A stretch of DNA of 63,298 bases, counting the filler, from an uncultured bacterium (lineage in GTDB: Bacteria > CAZSTA01): the NCBI GenBank assembly GCA_964609495.1. It is 8 parts of 8 records of this genome, joined end to end, with 100 filler letters (N's around TTAATTAATTAA, not from the genome) between each part and the next. Parts side by side here need not be neighbours in the genome. Positions count along the whole stretch, not along the records: positions 55,714 to 63,298 come from CAZSTA010000180.1; 7 more parts are not named here. One strand, 5' to 3'. A program made the position numbers and the translations under genes. Below, in pieces: positions 58,600-63,298 of this stretch. The notes beneath the pieces were generated by a model. The model was given only the letters and a program-made list of their open reading frames with translations, was not told the origin of the DNA and made no database searches. Position 1 is the first letter of the stretch. Every line of letters starts with the position of its first letter.

Positions 58600-59889
58600 C
58601 TATAAATCCTTACTACTCCCTATATATGAGTACATATCAATCAGTTTCCCAGTGTTATCTCTTAGGTAAGCAGTATCACCATCATTGTTCCATACGGCGT
58701 GATTAAATCCCCAGTATAATTTGGTCGCAGTGTCTGTTCCTTGTCCTGAGTGGAGATATACAACTCCATTCTCAAGAAGTGTAAAGCTATAGAATTTGTA
58801 GACGTGATTAGCTTTATCGCTTATCGTCCAATCTTTAAGATTGATAGTGCTCCCGTAATTACGGATTTCTACATACTCTCCATTTGGATTCTGATTATCA
58901 TCTCCAGGAGCATCATATTCAATATGGACAATTCTTACATCAACTGTTGGTTGAGGCTCAGATTGGACAGATATAATAACAGAATCTCTTCCTGTAGCTC
59001 CATCATCATCAGTTACTGTCAAGGTAGCTATATATGAGCCGTTACTTTGATAGGTATGGGTCGGATTCTGCTGACTACTGGTAGCTCCGTCACCGAAATC
59101 CCAAGAGTATGAGACAATTACTCCATCGCTATCTGAACCAGAACCTGTGAAATTCACAGTTAATGGTGCCTGTCCACTTGTAGGATTAGCACTAGCTTTA
59201 GCTATCGGTGGATTATTTGCAGGTGATTGCTTAATAACTGTAAAGGGGCGGGTAGCAGGATTCGCCTCTATATTTCCAGCTCGGTCCTTAGCCCTTACGT
59301 AAAAGGTATATTCTCCCTCACTCAAGTCGGTGATCTCCGCCTGGGTGGCGGAAATCCAAGTTGACCAAAGGGTGTTATGCAATCTATAGGAATATAGCAG
59401 TTGAGGAGTGGGAGTTAGATTATCGCTCCCCAACCAAGTGAAAACGACCTTATTAGTAGATATTACGCCCGATGGCCCACTTTTGATTAAGGTGTTGGGA
59501 GGAACCGTGTCGAGGGTGAAAGAGCGAGTAGCAGGTTCATCGCTCACGTGACCAGCTAGATCGATAGTTTTAACCTCAAAAGTATATTTGCCATCCAATA
59601 GATATGTATAATCGACCTCGGTTGCTGAAGTCCAGGCTGACCAATTATCACTCTTCCCCACCAGCCTATAGGAATAAAGGAGGACTGGCTTAGGTTCGTA
59701 GGGAGTGACGTTTTCCCAAGTGAAACTTATATCAGGGGTATTAATCATTCCAGTAGGACCACTTTTGATCGCAACGCGAGGTGGAGTGATCGGGTTCGAG
59801 GGGATACCGCCTGTTTTATCCTCAGAAACCTCGCATCCTAAAGCTAAGATAATTAAGAGTATAACTATTGATATTAGAATTCTTCTCAT
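58600..59889 (-). CDS. lipoprotein with Ig-like repeats, PKD domain and lamin-tail domain
   Basis: LALGC lipobox; YSWDFGDG PKD; EYVEIRN...WNNDGDTAYL lamin-tail domain. Confidence 0.88.
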   Translation of the reverse strand: MRRILISIVILLIILALGCEVSEDKTGGIPSNPITPPRVAIKSGPTGMINTPDISFTWENVTPYEPKPVLLYSYRLVGKSDNWSAWTSATEVDYTYLLDGKYTFEVKTIDLAGHVSDEPATRSFTLDTVPPNTLIKSGPSGVISTNKVVFTWLGSDNLTPTPQLLYSYRLHNTLWSTWISATQAEITDLSEGEYTFYVRAKDRAGNIEANPATRPFTVIKQSPANNPPIAKASANPTSGQAPLTVNFTGSGSDSDGVIVSYSWDFGDGATSSQQNPTHTYQSNGSYIATLTVTDDDGATGRDSVIISVQSEPQPTVDVRIVHIEYDAPGDDNQNPNGEYVEIRNYGSTINLKDWTISDKANHVYKFYSFTLLENGVVYLHSGQGTDTATKLYWGFNHAVWNNDGDTAYLRDNTGKLIDMYSYIGSSKDL

Positions 59890-59955
59890 TTTCTTCCTCC
59901 TATCTTTTCGCTTTTGGCTTTCAGCCCAAGCTTATGTCTTATCTATCCTCTCCTT

Positions 59956-60159
59956 GTAAGCATGTAGAATATTGTGCTAGCGGTTTTGAACTCCCTTAAA
60001 CCACCCTCCCCCTAACCCCTCCCGTCAAGGGAGGAGGAAATAAAGAGAGCAGTCTTATCTCAATGTTCCCTCTCCCCTCGTGGGAGAGGGATAGGGTGAG
60101 GGGGAAATCATATCTTGACTTCTTGGTAAAAATCTATTAGCACGAAATTTTACATACTT
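59956..60159 (+). mobile_element. complete composite MITE; its right end supplies the larC stop codon
   Basis: GTAAGCATGTAGAATATTGTGCTAG ... TAGCACGAAATTTTACATACTT with two opposed REP-like hairpins. Confidence 0.7.
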
Positions 60160-61334
60160 CCTCTATCCTTTAATTCGATTCCTAGAGCTTCTGCTACTGC
60201 GTAAACGCTCTTTATAGGGACTCCTTTCTCGAGGGATAATCGTTTGCAATCCTCATATTCAGGAGCGATCGTCATTATCCGATCTCCCAGCTTCGCTATC
60301 TTCAGTCTGACCTCACCGTAAGGAGTCTCGACCGTCTTCCACTCTCTAGATAGACATTGTCTTCTCATCACCTGCTCTCGGATACCTAAAGTAGTGGTCT
60401 CCTTGAATATTATCTCCCTCAATCGGTCTGCATTCTGAGGAGAGGTGAGGATTGAGAGCAGGATAGCAGGCCTATTCTTCTTCATTTGAATAGGAGTTAA
60501 ATATACATCTAAAGCAGAAGCCTCGAATAGCCTGCTTGATAGATGATCATAGATCTCCGGATTCATATCATCTATATTCGTTTCCAATAGAACAACAGTA
60601 TCTGTTATCCCTTCAGTGTTTTGCTTCATTCCAACGTAGATTCTCAAGAGATTAGGGATGTCAAAATCCTTCTTACCTGCTCCATAACCAACGCCCTCAA
60701 GCTTCATTTGAGGCATCATCCCCGCTCCCTTAGCTAAAGTGGTGAGTATAGCCGCTCCAGTAGGGGTAAGCAACTCCCCCTCGATGTCAATGGAATAGAC
60801 AGGAAAACCCTTTATAAGCTCCATCGTTGCTGGGGCTGGCACAGGTATGATCCCGTGAGCGGATTTGACATAGCCATGGCTCATAGGAAAGGAGGAGGTA
60901 TATATTTCCTCGATTCCCAGAAGTTTTAACCCGATCACCGAGCCGACTATATCTATTATCGCATCTATCCCCCCCACTTCGTGGAAATGAACTTTATCAG
61001 GAGTCGTCCCGTGAACATTGGCTTCTGCAACTGCTAATCTTCCGAATATCTTCTTACTAGAGAGCTTTATATCCTCCTCTAAATTCGAGGTATCTATGAG
61101 CTTCTCTATATCGTCTAAGTGACGCTCGTGGACGTGATCGGAGACTATAACATCGACATCAGTGCCAGTAATCCCATGCTTTTTGACTTTGGAGACCTCG
61201 ATCTCATAGCCGGGAAGATCAAGCTTCCCCAACTCACCTTTTAGCTCCTCTACTTCAACTCCAGCATCGATCAAGGCGGCTAGGGTCATATCCCCACTGG
61301 CGCCAGCAAAGCAATCAAAGTAAGCTATCTTCAT
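60150..61334 (-). CDS. larC: nickel pincer cofactor nickel insertase
   Basis: YFDCFAGASGDM, VHFHEVG, PVPAPAT, ETNIDDM, PEYEDC. Confidence 0.95.
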   Translation of the reverse strand: MKIAYFDCFAGASGDMTLAALIDAGVEVEELKGELGKLDLPGYEIEVSKVKKHGITGTDVDVIVSDHVHERHLDDIEKLIDTSNLEEDIKLSSKKIFGRLAVAEANVHGTTPDKVHFHEVGGIDAIIDIVGSVIGLKLLGIEEIYTSSFPMSHGYVKSAHGIIPVPAPATMELIKGFPVYSIDIEGELLTPTGAAILTTLAKGAGMMPQMKLEGVGYGAGKKDFDIPNLLRIYVGMKQNTEGITDTVVLLETNIDDMNPEIYDHLSSRLFEASALDVYLTPIQMKKNRPAILLSILTSPQNADRLREIIFKETTTLGIREQVMRRQCLSREWKTVETPYGEVRLKIAKLGDRIMTIAPEYEDCKRLSLEKGVPIKSVYAVAEALGIELKDRGSM

Positions 61335-61379
61335 AATATGTTGTTACACTCCTTTTATTGTGATATATCACCATAAACG

Positions 61380-62132
61380 CTATCTGTTGATAAGATGGGC
61401 GAAGAAACCCGCCCCAAAACCGTTATCGATGTTTACCACTGCTATGCCTGGGGCGCAGGAGTTGAGCATCGAAAGCAAGGCGGCAAGACCGCCGAAGCTT
61501 GCTCCATAACCAACGCTTGTGGGGACTGCGATCACCGGACTTTTAACAAGTCCTCCCACTACGCTCGCTAAGGCTCCCTCCATACCAGCTATAACGATGA
61601 GAACGTTGGCTTCGAAGAGCTGTTCTCTATTATCTAATAAGCGATGTAATCCTGCTACTCCTACATCATACAATCTCTTAACATAACTCCCTAATAGCTC
61701 AGCGGTAACTGCGGCTTCCTCAGCTACCGGGATATCAGAAGTGCCTGCGGAGATGATCAGAATATAGGGGTCGTCTTCCTTAAATTCTCGAGGCTCTTCT
61801 CTGTTAACTAGTATAATCCGAGCCATATCACTGTAACGGGCCTCAGGTAGAGCTTTCTTCACCTCTTCATATATTTCCGGTCTAGCCCGAGTAGCCATAA
61901 ACTTATCGCTACGTAGGGATATCTTACTCATTATTTGGACCACTTGCTCAGCGGTTTTATTCTGACAGAATACCACCTCTGGAAAGCCCCGGCGCAAAGC
62001 CCGATGATGATCGAGCTTGGCAAAGCCGAGGTCTTCGTAAGGAAGATCGCGAAGAGACTTTAAAGCCTCATCGACTGAGAGAGTGCCCTCTTTCACATCC
62101 TCTAACATCTTTCTCAAACGTTCCGAATCCAT
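61380..62132 (-). CDS. larB: nickel pincer cofactor carboxylase
   Basis: DHHRALRRGFPEVV, AGTSDIPVAEEA, AGMEGAL, VNIDNGFGA. Confidence 0.95.
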   Translation of the reverse strand: MDSERLRKMLEDVKEGTLSVDEALKSLRDLPYEDLGFAKLDHHRALRRGFPEVVFCQNKTAEQVVQIMSKISLRSDKFMATRARPEIYEEVKKALPEARYSDMARIILVNREEPREFKEDDPYILIISAGTSDIPVAEEAAVTAELLGSYVKRLYDVGVAGLHRLLDNREQLFEANVLIVIAGMEGALASVVGGLVKSPVIAVPTSVGYGASFGGLAALLSMLNSCAPGIAVVNIDNGFGAGFFAHLINR

Positions 62133-62153
62133 ATCACTTGACCTTTCTACGCC

Positions 62154-62957
62154 TCATTGTTTTTTTAAAACTTTATTCATACTTCCCATACGATAACCGT
62201 TTAAATCTAAAGCCACGTAAGTATATCCTAATTCGCGAAGGCGAGCTACGATCTCACTTCTCTTCTCAATCATAAGGGGAAAATCACTTGGATCTACTTC
62301 GATACGAGCTATGGTGTTATGATGACGAACTCGTAGTTGTTTTACTCCTAAACGGCGGATGAATTGTTCTGCTTGATCTATCTGGGTTAGGGCATCTCTG
62401 GTGATCGGGATGCCATAGGGAAAGCGAGAAGCTAAACAAGCGAAAGAGGGCTTATTCCAAGTAGATAAACCCATCTTCTGGGAGATAGCCCGAATATCCT
62501 CCTTAGTAAGCTCGGCCTCTATTAGAGGACTACGGACTCCCAATTCATCAGCGGCTTTCATCCCCGGACGGTGATCTGAGAGATCATCATAATTAGATCC
62601 ATCTGCTACATATTTTATGTTATGCTCAAGGGCAATCTGTTTCAGCTTAGTAAATAGCTCATACTTACAGTAATAGCAGTGATCAGGAGGGTTAGAGGCG
62701 AAATCAGGATTATCAAGCTCCTCGGTTTTGATGATGATATGGTTTAATCCTAGAGATTTTGCCACCTCCCTAGCTTCGGATATCTCGGCTTGGGGATAGG
62801 TCTCGGAGATAGCGGTAACAGCCAGAACTTTATCTCCCAGACGATCCTGAGCGACCTTAGCGAGTAGAGTGCTATCAACCCCCCCGGAATAGGCAACTAC
62901 CACACTCCCCATATCCTCTAAAATTTTCCTTAGATTCTCAAGTTTATCCTCAACCAA
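62154..62957 (-). CDS. larE: ATP-dependent sulfur transferase
   Basis: AYSGGVDS, CYYCK, DHRPG, ACLASRFPYG, RVRHH. Confidence 0.95.
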   Translation of the reverse strand: MVEDKLENLRKILEDMGSVVVAYSGGVDSTLLAKVAQDRLGDKVLAVTAISETYPQAEISEAREVAKSLGLNHIIIKTEELDNPDFASNPPDHCYYCKYELFTKLKQIALEHNIKYVADGSNYDDLSDHRPGMKAADELGVRSPLIEAELTKEDIRAISQKMGLSTWNKPSFACLASRFPYGIPITRDALTQIDQAEQFIRRLGVKQLRVRHHNTIARIEVDPSDFPLMIEKRSEIVARLRELGYTYVALDLNGYRMGSMNKVLKKQ

Positions 62958-62981
62958 ACTAAAAACCTCCTATATAGAATT

Positions 62982-63164
62982 TTAAGCCTTAATTTTATTG
63001 CCTACTTCCTCTCTGGATAATTGCTTCCACACATTGCCTCCACACTCAGGGCAAAGGGTAACAGAAGCCAGAAAGGGAACTGGATTTAATGTTCTACGTA
63101 TGATGCCACATTTCTGACACTTCATGTAATATATAGGAGGTATATTCTTCTCATCCTTCTTCAC
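62982..63164 (-). CDS. small zinc-ribbon protein
   Basis: CQKCG...CPECGG; RBS GAGGTGA. Confidence 0.7.
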   Translation of the reverse strand: MKKDEKNIPPIYYMKCQKCGIIRRTLNPVPFLASVTLCPECGGNVWKQLSREEVGNKIKA

Positions 63165-63298
63165 TATATCTCACCTCAGGAGGTTTATATTAGACAAATT
63201 ATTTCTAATTATAACATAACTACTTGCAAATTTCAACTTTCGACAATTATTAGTAAGCATGCAAAACTTTATGCTGGTAGATTTTAAGTAGCTTTTCG

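Noticed and set aside
9104-59959. Many 60-150 aa antisense or overlapping ORFs inside long genes
   Set aside because: Shadow frames of well-supported genes, with no RBS or recognisable motif.
60150-62957. larE-larB-larC without larA as a novel pathway
   Set aside because: larBCE clusters unlinked from larA are common, and the contig is too short to show absence.
1-63298. tRNA or rRNA genes
   Set aside because: No cloverleaf or rRNA signature was recognised by eye; tRNAscan-SE would be the definitive check.

Overview
This window is not one locus. It is eight contigs of about 8 kb each, in descending length, joined by artificial 100-nt N/TTAATTAATTAA spacers (7994-8093, 16024-16123, 24052-24151, 32036-32135, 39956-40055, 47808-47907, 55614-55713). 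It looks like a metagenome-assembled genome of a probably anaerobic, Terrabacteria-like bacterium (spoVS-smc-ftsY order, Gram-positive-type LexA box, consensus sigma70 promoters); the taxonomy cannot be fixed from sequence alone. Contig 1 is part of a mobile element with two replication modules: a wHTH initiator with internal iterons, and a primase-helicase with a mirror-symmetric iteron origin. It also has a ribbon-helix-helix repressor with two candidate antisense RNAs, and an FtsK/TraB-like ATPase whose 3' end overlaps a clt-like repeat cluster and which is flanked by membrane proteins. The other contigs hold housekeeping genes (ugd, mfd, nusG/secE/rpmG, rsmG, trxA/trxB, ftsY, spoVS, nfo, larBCE, nurA/herA), a tandem array of exported proteins with one shared signal peptide, a TPR-alpha-2-macroglobulin, an smc pseudogene replaced by cassette-like genes, two collapsed restriction-endonuclease genes and several modular MITE/REP families. 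A CsoR-family-regulated thioredoxin operon contains an unannotated 28-aa membrane peptide with an in-frame UGA and a SECIS-like hairpin, a candidate selenopeptide. Family assignments come from motif recognition, not database searches.
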